Shown: piece by piece, positions 11,289-21,549 of the stretch
Numbering within the stretch: the stretch's first letter is position 1
Layout of the letters: each line of letters begins with the position of its first letter
NCBI RefSeq assembly: GCF_000419525.1
Contig: NZ_ATTE01000001.1
Span: forward strand, 2,028,655-2,092,654
Source: Leucothrix mucor DSM 2157
GTDB lineage: Bacteria; Pseudomonadota; Gammaproteobacteria; Thiotrichales; Thiotrichaceae
Length of the DNA: 64,000 bases
Direction of reading: 5' to 3'
Made by a program: the position numbers and the translations under genes
Notes under the pieces: generated by a model
What the model was told of the DNA's origin: nothing
Databases searched by the model: none
Seen by the model: only the letters and a program-made list of their open reading frames with translations

Positions 11289-11746
11289 CTAAACCCCACC
11301 CGAATTCTTACCCGTAGGCGGCGAAAGGTATCTTTATCTAAGCTGCCTGCGGGGAGAATCACGGTGTAACGGCGCTTTTCAACGGTGAAATTCATAATCA
11401 CCAACAACGTGCTAACAAAACTATCCGGCATCAACTTCGCCAGTTGCCAATCTCCCGCATAACAACGAATCGCCCACTGCCCTTGCCCATCCTGGTTAAT
11501 CTCCAGTACCGAGCGTGGCAATTGCTGCCAATAGTGTAGCTTTATAAAATAGCCTGCCAGTGCTACACAAAACAGCCCCGGCAAAATCGCCAGATACCAA
11601 GGCCATGGCGTAAACCAAAACACCATTACCGAGATAAATAACAAAGGGAGGATAATCAATAAAGCGGTGCTGCGAGAAACTGGAATCTCCAGTCGTACCG
11701 GCGCACTAAAAGGTGAATCCAGTATCATCTGGATAGCACCCGGCAA
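11285..11746 (-). CDS. Hypothetical membrane protein
   Basis: 153 aa with two predicted TM helices. No recognised domain. Confidence 0.35.
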   Translation of the reverse strand: MPGAIQMILDSPFSAPVRLEIPVSRSTALLIILPLLFISVMVFWFTPWPWYLAILPGLFCVALAGYFIKLHYWQQLPRSVLEINQDGQGQWAIRCYAGDWQLAKLMPDSFVSTLLVIMNFTVEKRRYTVILPAGSLDKDTFRRLRVRIRVGFS

Positions 11747-11794
11747 CGCATATTGATTCGCATTATGTAGCGCACAATCACAATCGCTTAGTGA

Positions 11795-12910
11795 TCAGTC
11801 ACGACCAGCAATAGCCGGCTCTAATAAATGCGCTAACACTTCATCCCGCGAGCCACGGAAATAAATCCGCTCTTGTTTATCCGAGATTTGGTAGTCATAC
11901 ATCGGGTCGTAATAGTCCAGCAGCAACTCACCAAACACTGGTGCAAAGCCATCGTAATTACGCTGCAGGGCTAACTGCTTTGTGGCACCTTTCATCATTT
12001 GCAACATGCGTGAAAAACGCACGCCACCTAAGCGTTTGTGCAACTTCGTCAAACTATCAATCAGATGCTTTTCGAGTTTCTGCAGGCCTTGATACTCACC
12101 AAACTGGCGGCAATATTCCAAATGAATGTCTTCTGCATATTCCTGAACGGTAATGCCAACACGGTCTTCATCCGGCACTTCCAGCATCACCATTGGCGAC
12201 TGATTCATTTTAAGATTCAACACCACCGGCACATGCAAGGAGCCCACATTGCGACTTTCATCTTCCACTATCAGCGTTGTGTAACCGGCTGCTTCCGCTT
12301 TTAACAGTGCAATCGCTACGCCATTTTCAAAATTGATTTGAGAGGGCTGTGGCGTAGTGGTCGGGCCAAACGCCGAGCCACGGTGATTGGCCAAGCCTTC
12401 TAGGTCAATACTATGCGGAATTTGCTTTAACAAGCGCGTTTTTCCGGTACCACTGCGCCCGCTCAACACCACAAAGTTCATCTTATCGACTAGCCGTTCC
12501 GTGCTATCTAATAAAAACCGGCGCAGCGCCTTATAACCACCATCAACGCGGGGGTAATCCACAGCACTGTTTTCATAAATCCACTGCTGAGTCGTGCGCG
12601 AGCGCAAGCCACCACGGAAGCAATACAACACACCTTCCGGATGCTGCTCAATAAAGGCATTCCAGGCGTGCAGGCGAGCTTCTTTAATCTCACCACTGAC
12701 CAATTTATGGCCCAGCGTAATCGCCGCTTCCTGCCCATCTTGCTTGTAGCAAGTCCCCACGGCTGCGCGCTCGTCATCACTCATTAGTGGCAAGCTACTG
12801 GCACTGGGGAAACTACCTTGGGCGAACTCCACCGGTGCACGCAAATCAATCATCGGGACATCGTTTACAAACAGACGCGCAAAGTCGTCACTGGTCAGCG
12901 TTTTCAACAT
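11795..12910 (-). CDS. selU: tRNA 2-selenouridine synthase (rhodanese domain + P-loop)
   Basis: 371 aa. N-terminal rhodanese fold and Walker A SGRSGTGKT, as in SelU/MnmH (YbbB). Confidence 0.7.
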   Translation of the reverse strand: MLKTLTSDDFARLFVNDVPMIDLRAPVEFAQGSFPSASSLPLMSDDERAAVGTCYKQDGQEAAITLGHKLVSGEIKEARLHAWNAFIEQHPEGVLYCFRGGLRSRTTQQWIYENSAVDYPRVDGGYKALRRFLLDSTERLVDKMNFVVLSGRSGTGKTRLLKQIPHSIDLEGLANHRGSAFGPTTTPQPSQINFENGVAIALLKAEAAGYTTLIVEDESRNVGSLHVPVVLNLKMNQSPMVMLEVPDEDRVGITVQEYAEDIHLEYCRQFGEYQGLQKLEKHLIDSLTKLHKRLGGVRFSRMLQMMKGATKQLALQRNYDGFAPVFGELLLDYYDPMYDYQISDKQERIYFRGSRDEVLAHLLEPAIAGRD

Positions 12911-13004
12911 GGCTCACTGCACCGTGCAGGAAAAAAATCGCATTATACATGATAGTGAACAGAGGAATGCCCGGATGCGTGTATTTTGTAATGCGTTGCG
13001 GTAG

Positions 13005-14147
<1,143 letters not shown>

Positions 14148-14195
14148 GATACTCTCGACAGTCATTAATCCCTAACAGACAGATATTTAAAGACA

Positions 14196-14837
14196 TTGGA
14201 ACATTCAACACGAAATCGCACCATTGCTCTGGCAGCACTGTTTCAGTGTGTCGAGGGCGTCATGCAACTGGCTAACAAAGGCGTTTGTGATGAAGCCTTG
14301 TTCGAGTCTTGCGTTACCAGTATTTTGATCGATGATGCCATCAGCGCGGAAGCGTTGTACGGCGGCCTCGGACCACTGAAACCTGGTCTGAACGCGCTCA
14401 TCAATCAACTGGGTAATCGCGGCGATGCCCCTGATGGTGGCAAAGGCCGACAGCTGGATGCGACTCAATATGCAATCAGCCTGATGGCGCTTGAAAAGAA
14501 GCTGTCTAACAATCCCGACGTGTTTAAGCGCGTGATTGATGGCATTGCTGATGCGCAGCGCCAGCAGGAGTTCTTCTCACCAACACACACCAATATGATT
14601 GCGCGACTGGCTGAGCTATATGCCACAACCATTAGCACCATTGGCCCACGCATTATGATTCGCGGTAATCAGGACTACCTGCAAAATACCGAGAATGCAG
14701 CCAAAATGCGTAGCTTATTGCTGGCGGGTATTCGTGCAGCGCTGCTGTGGAATCAAGCCGGTGGTACGCGCTGGAAGCTACTGTTTGAGCGCGGCAAAAT
14801 GCAGCGTGAAGCTCATGAATTACTAAAACGAATCTAA
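14196..14837 (+). CDS. hflD: High frequency lysogenization protein HflD
   Basis: 213 aa. Position directly after mnmA as in Enterobacteria, with overall similarity to HflD/YcfC. Confidence 0.7.
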   Translation: MEHSTRNRTIALAALFQCVEGVMQLANKGVCDEALFESCVTSILIDDAISAEALYGGLGPLKPGLNALINQLGNRGDAPDGGKGRQLDATQYAISLMALEKKLSNNPDVFKRVIDGIADAQRQQEFFSPTHTNMIARLAELYATTISTIGPRIMIRGNQDYLQNTENAAKMRSLLLAGIRAALLWNQAGGTRWKLLFERGKMQREAHELLKRI

Positions 14838-14854
14838 CCATTCGAATTAGACAC

Positions 14855-14892
14855 ATAAAAAAGGGACTGAGTAATCAGTCCCTTATTTGTAT
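14855..14892. terminator. Bidirectional terminator between convergent hflD and gltX
   Basis: Hairpin agggactgaGTAAtcagtccct flanked by an A-run upstream and a T-rich stretch downstream. Confidence 0.55.
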
Positions 14893-14910
14893 CTGCAATA
14901 ACCTCAGCAA

Positions 14911-16317
14911 TTAAGCAGGCATTGCCTCAATGGTTGCGATGGCTTTATCGATACGCGCCAAAGTGCGCTCACGACCAACCAGGCTCAAGGTTACATCCAA
15001 GCCCGGAGACATTGGCGTGCCAGCAACCGCTAAACGCAGTGGCGGGCCCACTTTACCCAGTTTCAAATCCATCGCTTCGCAACTGGCTTTAATCGCGGAT
15101 TCAATCGCTTCAGGATTCCAATCGCTTAACTCACTCAGCTGATCGCGAACCGTCTTCAAGATTGCATCAACACCCGGCTTGAACTGCTTGCTCAGGGCTT
15201 TCTCGTCATAGGCTTCAAAGTCTTCGAAGAAGTAACGGCTACTAGACACCAGATCAACCAAGGTCTTAGCACGATCACGCTGCGCTTCAATCACATCAGT
15301 CAGTGCCGGACCATTGCTGGTGTCCAGTTTTTGATTATCAAGATGCCACTGCAACTGCGCGGCAATATTCTCTGCTGGCAATGTCTTCAGGTATTGCTGG
15401 TTCATCCAGATTAATTTGTCAGTGTTAAAGGCTGATGGCGCGCCATGCACATCTTCAATCTTGAAAAACTCCAGCATTTCTTCCAGCGTGAAGATTTCCT
15501 GATCGCCATGCGCCCAACCCAAACGAATCAGGTAGTTCAACACCGCTTCTGGCAAGAAACCATCGTCGCGATATTGCATAACGCCAACCGCACCATGACG
15601 CTTGGACAGACGCTTTCCATCATCACCCAAAATCATTGGCACGTGAGCAAATTCCGGCAAAGTCGCCCCCAAGGCCAGCATGATATTAATCTGGCGCGGA
15701 GTATTATTGATGTGATCATCACCACGAATAACGTGAGTAATATTCATATCAAGATCGTCCACCACAACGGTTAAGTTGTAGGTTGGCGTGCCATCTGAAC
15801 GCGCGATAATTAGGTCATCCAACTCGCGGTTGTTAATGACAATCTCGCCTTTAACCAAATCATTAATCACCACATCGCCATCCAGCGGATTGCGGAAACG
15901 AACGACTGGGTCAACGCCTTCAACAGGCTCAGTACGATCACGGCAGCAACCGTTATAGCGTGGCTTTTCTTTATTCGCCCACTGCTGCTCGCGCATCGCA
16001 TCCAACTCTTCGCGACTGCAATAACAATGATAAGCATGTCCGGAATCCATTAACTCCTGAATCACTTCAGCATAACGGTCAAAGCGATGAGTCTGGAAAA
16101 TCGGACCTTCGTCATAATCCAGTCCCAACCATTCCATACCTTCTAAAATCGCCTGAACCGACTCATCCGTCGAGCGTTCGCGGTCGGTATCTTCAATACG
16201 CAGTGCAAAAACGCCATTCATTTTACGGGCGTGAAGCCAGCTATAAAGCGCGGTGCGAGCACCACCAATGTGCAGGTAGCCGGTAGGACTTGGAGCAAAA
16301 CGGGTTTTAACGGTCAT
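14911..16317 (-). CDS. gltX: Glutamate--tRNA ligase
   Basis: 468 aa. HIGH motif ([12 protein letters not shown]) and KMSKS-like KLSKR. Confidence 0.9.
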   Translation of the reverse strand: MTVKTRFAPSPTGYLHIGGARTALYSWLHARKMNGVFALRIEDTDRERSTDESVQAILEGMEWLGLDYDEGPIFQTHRFDRYAEVIQELMDSGHAYHCYCSREELDAMREQQWANKEKPRYNGCCRDRTEPVEGVDPVVRFRNPLDGDVVINDLVKGEIVINNRELDDLIIARSDGTPTYNLTVVVDDLDMNITHVIRGDDHINNTPRQINIMLALGATLPEFAHVPMILGDDGKRLSKRHGAVGVMQYRDDGFLPEAVLNYLIRLGWAHGDQEIFTLEEMLEFFKIEDVHGAPSAFNTDKLIWMNQQYLKTLPAENIAAQLQWHLDNQKLDTSNGPALTDVIEAQRDRAKTLVDLVSSSRYFFEDFEAYDEKALSKQFKPGVDAILKTVRDQLSELSDWNPEAIESAIKASCEAMDLKLGKVGPPLRLAVAGTPMSPGLDVTLSLVGRERTLARIDKAIATIEAMPA

Positions 16318-16462
16318 GGTAAATATCAGGTCAGCTATTTGAAGGGTGAAGCGTAGCAGGTTCGGGGTGTTAGCGGCAACGGGAAATCAGGTACTTGCAT
16401 CATCAACATACGATTTTTCAACGGCTTGAATCGCCGCTTTTGTTGTATAGTTCTCCCTCACA

Positions 16463-17542
16463 ATGCTCTCTACACCCATAACGAGGCAAATACTCATGCG
16501 CGATGGCACGATAAAAAGACTCCTTGGCACCGAGCTTCCCATTATTCAAGCGCCCATGGCCGGCGTTCAGGATAGCGCCTTGACCATTGCCGTGAGTGAG
16601 GCCGGCGGCTTAGGCTCGCTACCGTGTGGATTGTTGAACATTGAAACTATTGTCAGCGAGCTTGCAACCATTAAACAAGCCACTGATAAGCCGTTTAATC
16701 TCAATTTTTTCTGCCATGAGATGCCCGCTTACGATGAGCAGAAACAAGCACGCTGGAAGGAAGCATTATCACCCTATTTTGATGAGCTGGGTATTGAGCT
16801 GAAAAGCAGCCCCAACAGCGCCACTCGCATGCCATTCAATCATGATATTGCCGATGCCATTGAGCCGTTTAAACCTGAATTCATTAGTTTTCACTTTGGT
16901 CTTCCCTCTCGCGAGTTAGTTGCCCGCTTAAAACAGTGGGGAACCAGAATTGTGTCTTCTGCGACTACGGTTGAAGAAGCCCTATGGCTTGAGTCCAGAG
17001 GGGCTGATGGCATTATCGCTCAAGGATTTGAAGCGGGAGGCCATCGAGGCATGTTTCTATCCGATGATATATCGACTCAGGTTGGGCTTGCCGCACTCGT
17101 GCCTCAGATTGCTAGCAAGGTAGGCGTACCGGTGATTGCCGCTGGCGGCATTGCTGATAATCGTGGCGTGGAAGCGGCTTTATTACTAGGTGCCAGTGCT
17201 GTTCAAATTGGTACCGGCTATTTGCTGTGTACCGAGGCTAAAACCTCCCAACTACACCGTACTGCGATACAAAGCGACCAATCCAGCCATACTGCACTAA
17301 CCACGGTATTCACTGGCAGGCCCGCCAGAAGCATTGTTAACCGTGCGATGAAAGAACTGGGGTATATGGACTCACCCGCACCGGCATTTCCTTATGCCTC
17401 GATTGAGATGGGGCAATTACGCGGGCCTGCGGAGAAACTGGGCTCAGCTGATTTCTCGCCACTCTGGTGCGGACAGAACACCTCCGGCTGCCAAGCGATT
17501 GCGGCAAGGGAGTTAACCTTATTGTTGGCGGGCAAGGACTAA
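16463..17542 (+). CDS. Nitronate monooxygenase (2-nitropropane dioxygenase family, FMN TIM barrel)
   Basis: 359 aa with NMO family motifs (PIIQAPMAG, GFEAGGHRG). The start may be the downstream Met (MRDGTIK). Confidence 0.75.
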   Translation: MLSTPITRQILMRDGTIKRLLGTELPIIQAPMAGVQDSALTIAVSEAGGLGSLPCGLLNIETIVSELATIKQATDKPFNLNFFCHEMPAYDEQKQARWKEALSPYFDELGIELKSSPNSATRMPFNHDIADAIEPFKPEFISFHFGLPSRELVARLKQWGTRIVSSATTVEEALWLESRGADGIIAQGFEAGGHRGMFLSDDISTQVGLAALVPQIASKVGVPVIAAGGIADNRGVEAALLLGASAVQIGTGYLLCTEAKTSQLHRTAIQSDQSSHTALTTVFTGRPARSIVNRAMKELGYMDSPAPAFPYASIEMGQLRGPAEKLGSADFSPLWCGQNTSGCQAIAARELTLLLAGKD

Positions 17543-17677
17543 CCTGAACAAGATAAGCCACCTACCAAATCACAATTAGAATACCTAATAAATCCCAGCT
17601 CGAATAGTGTGCTTGTATCCGCGCTGTTTGACATTTCACGCTACACTCAACGCTCCCAGAACCCACCGGAATGACAC

Positions 17678-18556
17678 ATGCCCTTTCACGGAGTACGACC
17701 TGAGCGACGCTATTTATTCCATCCATCACCAGTGAGTGATGTCGGCGTGAATGATGCGAATGTCTGGCGTCTGAATCCAGCGCATCGACACGTTTATAAC
17801 AAGCTGCATGTTGCGCTATCGCAAGGCCTGATTGCTGCACCGAGTGGCGTTAGCCCGATTGCCATGGGACTTGAACCGGAGCACGCTTGCTTTGTAAAAC
17901 CCATCACCAATTTAGGCGGTATGTCGCTCAATAGCTTCGCAACCACCGCTCAGGCATTGACTGATGCCACTATCAATGGCACTGAAAACACAGCTAGCAA
18001 CTCAGCGGCTGGCAGCTTTTGGTGTGAGTTTTTATCCGGTACGCAAACCAGTACCGACGTTTTAGTGCTAAACGGCGAACCACAGTGGTATGGGCACACA
18101 AAAGCCGCTGATCAACGTGATAAAAACCGCCCTATTTACTGGCTGATTGGCGCAGATTGTCAGGACTCAGAAGCGCATATCGAAACCTTTATTCGTCGCG
18201 AATTAGCGGACTATACCGGCTTGTGTAATGTCGAGATGATTGGTAGCCACATCATCGAAGTCCACCTGCGCGGGTCAAATGCCTTTTTTGACTATTACCC
18301 CGATGCCTTTATGCAGGCGTGGGTGAATCTGGTCGATCATCAAACATGGCAAGGCTTGGAGCCCATTAACCAAGGTTGTTTGTACTCCCTATTTGGCGAT
18401 TGGACGCTCCCTGACAATGCCGAGCAACTGGTTGAAGCATCCGGTGCGCGCCTGTATCGCGATGGAATGATGGCTGATCGGGTAGGAATCATTTTTGCGG
18501 ATTGTCCTGAAACTGCGCAGTCTATTGAGGCACAGTTAAAACAATCAAGTTGTTAG
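17678..18556 (+). CDS. Hypothetical protein, possibly ATP-grasp-like
   Basis: 292 aa with no confident motif. There is weak resemblance to the ATP-grasp fold (NVEMIGSHIIEVHLRG). Confidence 0.3.
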   Translation: MPFHGVRPERRYLFHPSPVSDVGVNDANVWRLNPAHRHVYNKLHVALSQGLIAAPSGVSPIAMGLEPEHACFVKPITNLGGMSLNSFATTAQALTDATINGTENTASNSAAGSFWCEFLSGTQTSTDVLVLNGEPQWYGHTKAADQRDKNRPIYWLIGADCQDSEAHIETFIRRELADYTGLCNVEMIGSHIIEVHLRGSNAFFDYYPDAFMQAWVNLVDHQTWQGLEPINQGCLYSLFGDWTLPDNAEQLVEASGARLYRDGMMADRVGIIFADCPETAQSIEAQLKQSSC

Positions 18557-18705
18557 ATGCATAACTAATCAGCTCGCTAAACAATGAATATTCCATGCTA
18601 AAAAAACGTTTACTTGTGATATTCATCTCTCTGTGGGCCAAGTACAAGCTTGCATGCAAATTAAGTTTATAATATAAGCATGGCTGACCCACAAAGGTTC
18701 CTACC

Positions 18706-19137
18706 ATGTCCAGTCTAATCCATACCATATACGCTAGCCGAGCCGTTAACGACTTTTCACAAGATGACATTGTCGATTTACTATCGAAAGCGAGAACGAA
18801 AAATGCATCGCTGGGTATAACGGGCATGCTGCTCTATGACGATGGCTCTTTCTTTCAGGTTTTGGAAGGAGAGGAAGCGGCGCTTGATCAGCTATTCAGT
18901 GAGATCTCCGACGACAAACGTCACCAGCAGGTCGCCAAAATCATTTCAGAAGCCATTCCAAAGCGACAATTTAGCGACTGGAGCATGGGCTATGCGGCGA
19001 TTTCAAGTGATGAGTTAAAAACCATCGAAGGCATGAATGACTTTTTCACTGAGCAAAACTGCCTTGCAGAAATAGATGCCGGACGGGCTAAAAAATTACT
19101 GAAAGCTTTCGCTCAGGGTCGCTGGAGACTGGACTAG
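18706..19137 (+). CDS. BLUF domain blue-light sensor protein
   Basis: 143 aa. BLUF signature YASRA...GITGMLLYDDGSFFQVLEG, with a conserved Tyr/Gln/Trp/Met set apparent. Confidence 0.8.
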   Translation: MSSLIHTIYASRAVNDFSQDDIVDLLSKARTKNASLGITGMLLYDDGSFFQVLEGEEAALDQLFSEISDDKRHQQVAKIISEAIPKRQFSDWSMGYAAISSDELKTIEGMNDFFTEQNCLAEIDAGRAKKLLKAFAQGRWRLD

Positions 19138-19139
19138 CA

Positions 19140-19868
19140 ATGTCCACGCCTGCCAGCCTAAGCAATATCGACTTTTCCCATGCATTTCAACCTATTGTAG
19201 ATATCGATGAAGGCAAGATTATCTCGTATGAGGTACTGGTAAGAGGCCCTAACCAAGAGTCTCCGGCAACTGTATTTAGCCAAGTGACTAAGCAACAATT
19301 CATGGACTTTGATCAGCTGATCAGGGAAAGAGGCATCGCACAAGCTGCCTCACTTGGACTTAGCTGCTGCTTGAGTCTCAACTTTACACCCGGCGAAATC
19401 CTATTCGCGCATGGCGCTTATGTTGAGCGCACTATTAGCGTTGCAGAACAACACAATATCCATGCACATCAGCTCATTATCGAAATCACCGAAAGTGAGG
19501 CAATACTGGATTTGCCACTGTTAGCAGAAATCATCAACAAGCTACGCCGCAGTGGTATAGCCATCTCTATTGATGACTTTGGATCGGGTTATGCAGGCTT
19601 AAGCCTGCTTGCAGATATTCAACCTGACCAGGTAAAAATCGATATACACCTGATCAAAAACGTTAATAAAAACGGCCCTCGGCAAACCATTGTAAAAGCC
19701 ATTAATAATATTTGTCTGGATCTTGGCATTGACGTGCTGGCAGAAGGCGTCGAAAGCCACGAGGAGTTTTTATTTTTAGAACGTGCGGGAATATCGCTGT
19801 ATCAAGGTTGGTTTATCGCACGACCAGCATTTGAATCCCTGCCACTAACGTTTGACTTAAAGCCTTAA
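19140..19868 (+). CDS. EAL domain c-di-GMP phosphodiesterase (stand-alone)
   Basis: 242 aa. EAL catalytic motifs are present (EVLVR, EITE, DDFGSGYAG, KIDIHLI, EGVE, QG). Its start is 2 nt after the BLUF stop. Confidence 0.8.
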   Translation: MSTPASLSNIDFSHAFQPIVDIDEGKIISYEVLVRGPNQESPATVFSQVTKQQFMDFDQLIRERGIAQAASLGLSCCLSLNFTPGEILFAHGAYVERTISVAEQHNIHAHQLIIEITESEAILDLPLLAEIINKLRRSGIAISIDDFGSGYAGLSLLADIQPDQVKIDIHLIKNVNKNGPRQTIVKAINNICLDLGIDVLAEGVESHEEFLFLERAGISLYQGWFIARPAFESLPLTFDLKP

Positions 19869-19923
19869 CAAACGCTTCCCACCTACTCCCCAACTCTTGC
19901 GACTATCGTTTGAATCACAGCGG

Positions 19924-20160
19924 CTATTTACATGTAAGCCATTCGACCAAGGTATCCATATCTTCTTCTACTTCATCATCGGTTTGAGTTATTACGGAAA
20001 TACCCAGGCGCGATACATGCGTTATAAAACCGGCAAGCGTCATTTTTGCCAAGCTTGCAGCGCATACTAGAGACAACTCACCATCCTTGAATAAGGTGGT
20101 TGCAAGGGCAATACGCACATCTGGGGTATCGAATGCTTTGATTTGATTAATAGTTATCAT
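19924..20160 (-). CDS. UPF0175-like small protein (putative orphan antitoxin-like)
   Basis: 78 aa, with a helical LAKMTLAGFITHVSRLGI pattern resembling UPF0175. No partner toxin gene is adjacent. Confidence 0.35.
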   Translation of the reverse strand: MITINQIKAFDTPDVRIALATTLFKDGELSLVCAASLAKMTLAGFITHVSRLGISVITQTDDEVEEDMDTLVEWLTCK

Positions 20161-20301
20161 TGCTAGACCTCAGGAAAAATCAGATAGGATTATCGTATGG
20201 TAAACTTCACAAAATAGCCATTAGGCAAGTTGATATAAGATGGCCCAGTTTCTGGCAGTCTCTGCTGTTAACCAATAGACTATAGCCACAACCTAAAACT
20301 A

Positions 20302-21135
20302 ATGGGAGGCAATACAATGACAAACGACAGCGTATTAAACAACGGACTTAAAATGCCTTGGCTAGGATTTGGCGTTTTCCAGATTGACGATGGCGGCTCG
20401 GTAGAAGGTGCCGTTCGCACAGCGCTAGACGTTGGCTATCGCAGCATTGATACCGCCGCCATTTACAAAAATGAAGCCGGCGTTGGGCAAGCAATTAAAG
20501 ACAGCGGCATTGCCCGCGAAGATATCTTTCTAACCACCAAGGTCTGGAATGATGCCCAGCGTGATAACAGCGTTGCGCAAGCCTTTGAAGATAGCTTGGA
20601 GCGCTTAGGAACCGACTATGTGGATTTGTACCTGGTACATTGGCCAGTGGCAAACTGCTATGAAGCGACATGGAAAGAGATGGAGAAGATTTACCAAAGT
20701 GGTCGCGCTAAAGCCATTGGCGTCAGTAACTTTCAGATCCATCATTTAAAAGACATTCTAGCGACGGCTGAAGTGGTTCCGGCCGTTAATCAGGTAGAGT
20801 TTCACCCACGACTACGCCAGCCAGAGCTGATGAAATTCTGTAAAGATAACAAGATCCAACTCGAAGCATGGAGCCCGCTCATGCAGGGGCATTTAGGTGA
20901 AGAGTCTGAGATTGTGGCGTTGGCAGAAAAGTACGGAAAGTCGCCTGCACAGATCATTTTACGTTGGGATATTCAGCATGAAGTGGTGACTATTCCAAAA
21001 TCAGCCACGCCAAGTCGCATTGCAGAAAATGCTCAGGTGTTTGATTTTGAATTGTCGCAGGATGATATGGCGGTATTGGATGCGCTAGATCAGGGAAAAC
21101 GTTTCGGACCTGACCCAGATACTTTTGACTTCTGA
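20302..21135 (+). CDS. Aldo/keto reductase (2,5-diketo-D-gluconate reductase-like)
   Basis: 277 aa with AKR motifs (IDTAAIY, LVHWP, IGVSNF). The start is probably the Met at MTNDSVL. Confidence 0.85.
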   Translation: MGGNTMTNDSVLNNGLKMPWLGFGVFQIDDGGSVEGAVRTALDVGYRSIDTAAIYKNEAGVGQAIKDSGIAREDIFLTTKVWNDAQRDNSVAQAFEDSLERLGTDYVDLYLVHWPVANCYEATWKEMEKIYQSGRAKAIGVSNFQIHHLKDILATAEVVPAVNQVEFHPRLRQPELMKFCKDNKIQLEAWSPLMQGHLGEESEIVALAEKYGKSPAQIILRWDIQHEVVTIPKSATPSRIAENAQVFDFELSQDDMAVLDALDQGKRFGPDPDTFDF

Positions 21136-21199
21136 CTAGGCAAAAAAGCAGAGGTCTCGTCATCGTTCTGACTGATGAGACCTCACTCTACGAGAGAGA

Positions 21200-21400
21200 T
21201 TAGGCCGCTTTTTTAGCTATCTTCTTAGCTACTGCGCGTGCTTTCTTGTTGTCGCCCTTCTTGATTTTCTTCAGCGCTTTCTTAGCCGCTGCTTTTACAA
21301 CTTTCTTGCTCTTAGAGACTTTTAAGCCTGCTTTTTTAACGGCTTTCTCTGCGAACTTTACTGCTTTTTTCTTGGCATCTTTCTTGTTTAACTTAGACAC
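21200..21400 (-). CDS. Histone H1-like Lys/Ala-rich nucleoid protein
   Basis: KKAVKFAEKAVKKAGLKVSKSKKVVKAAAKKALKKIKKGDNKKARAVAKKIAKKAA. A GTG start at 21398-21400 is preceded by AGGAGA with a 7-nt spacer. The ORF-track N-terminal extension to 21508 reads as non-coding. Confidence 0.6.
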   Translation of the reverse strand: MSKLNKKDAKKKAVKFAEKAVKKAGLKVSKSKKVVKAAAKKALKKIKKGDNKKARAVAKKIAKKAA

Positions 21401-21469
21401 GTATATGTCTCCTTTCGATAATTGAGACCAAACAATAATGTATATACATAGTATAGTCAAGTGAAGTAC

Positions 21470-21502
21470 AAAATTGTAGGGCCGCCGGTATGGCAGCCCT
21501 CT
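21470..21502 (-). terminator. Possible terminator downstream of the large helicase gene
   Basis: Minus-strand hairpin gggctgccataccggcggccc followed by a weak T-run (tacaatttt). Confidence 0.3.
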
Positions 21503-21549
21503 TTGCAATGACTACTACTTCATAGCCTGAGCAGGCTACAAGGAAAAGC

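Noticed and set aside
18640-18680. Sigma-70 promoter upstream of the BLUF gene (TTGCAT ... TATAAT)
   Set aside because: The spacer between the hexamers is only about 12-14 nt, so the call is not convincing.
21401-21508. N-terminal extension of the H1-like ORF (MQRGLPYRRPYNFVLHLTILCIYIIVW...)
   Set aside because: The sequence looks non-coding (promoter-like, AT-rich). A GTG with a good RBS at 21398-21400 gives a sensible Lys/Ala-rich protein.
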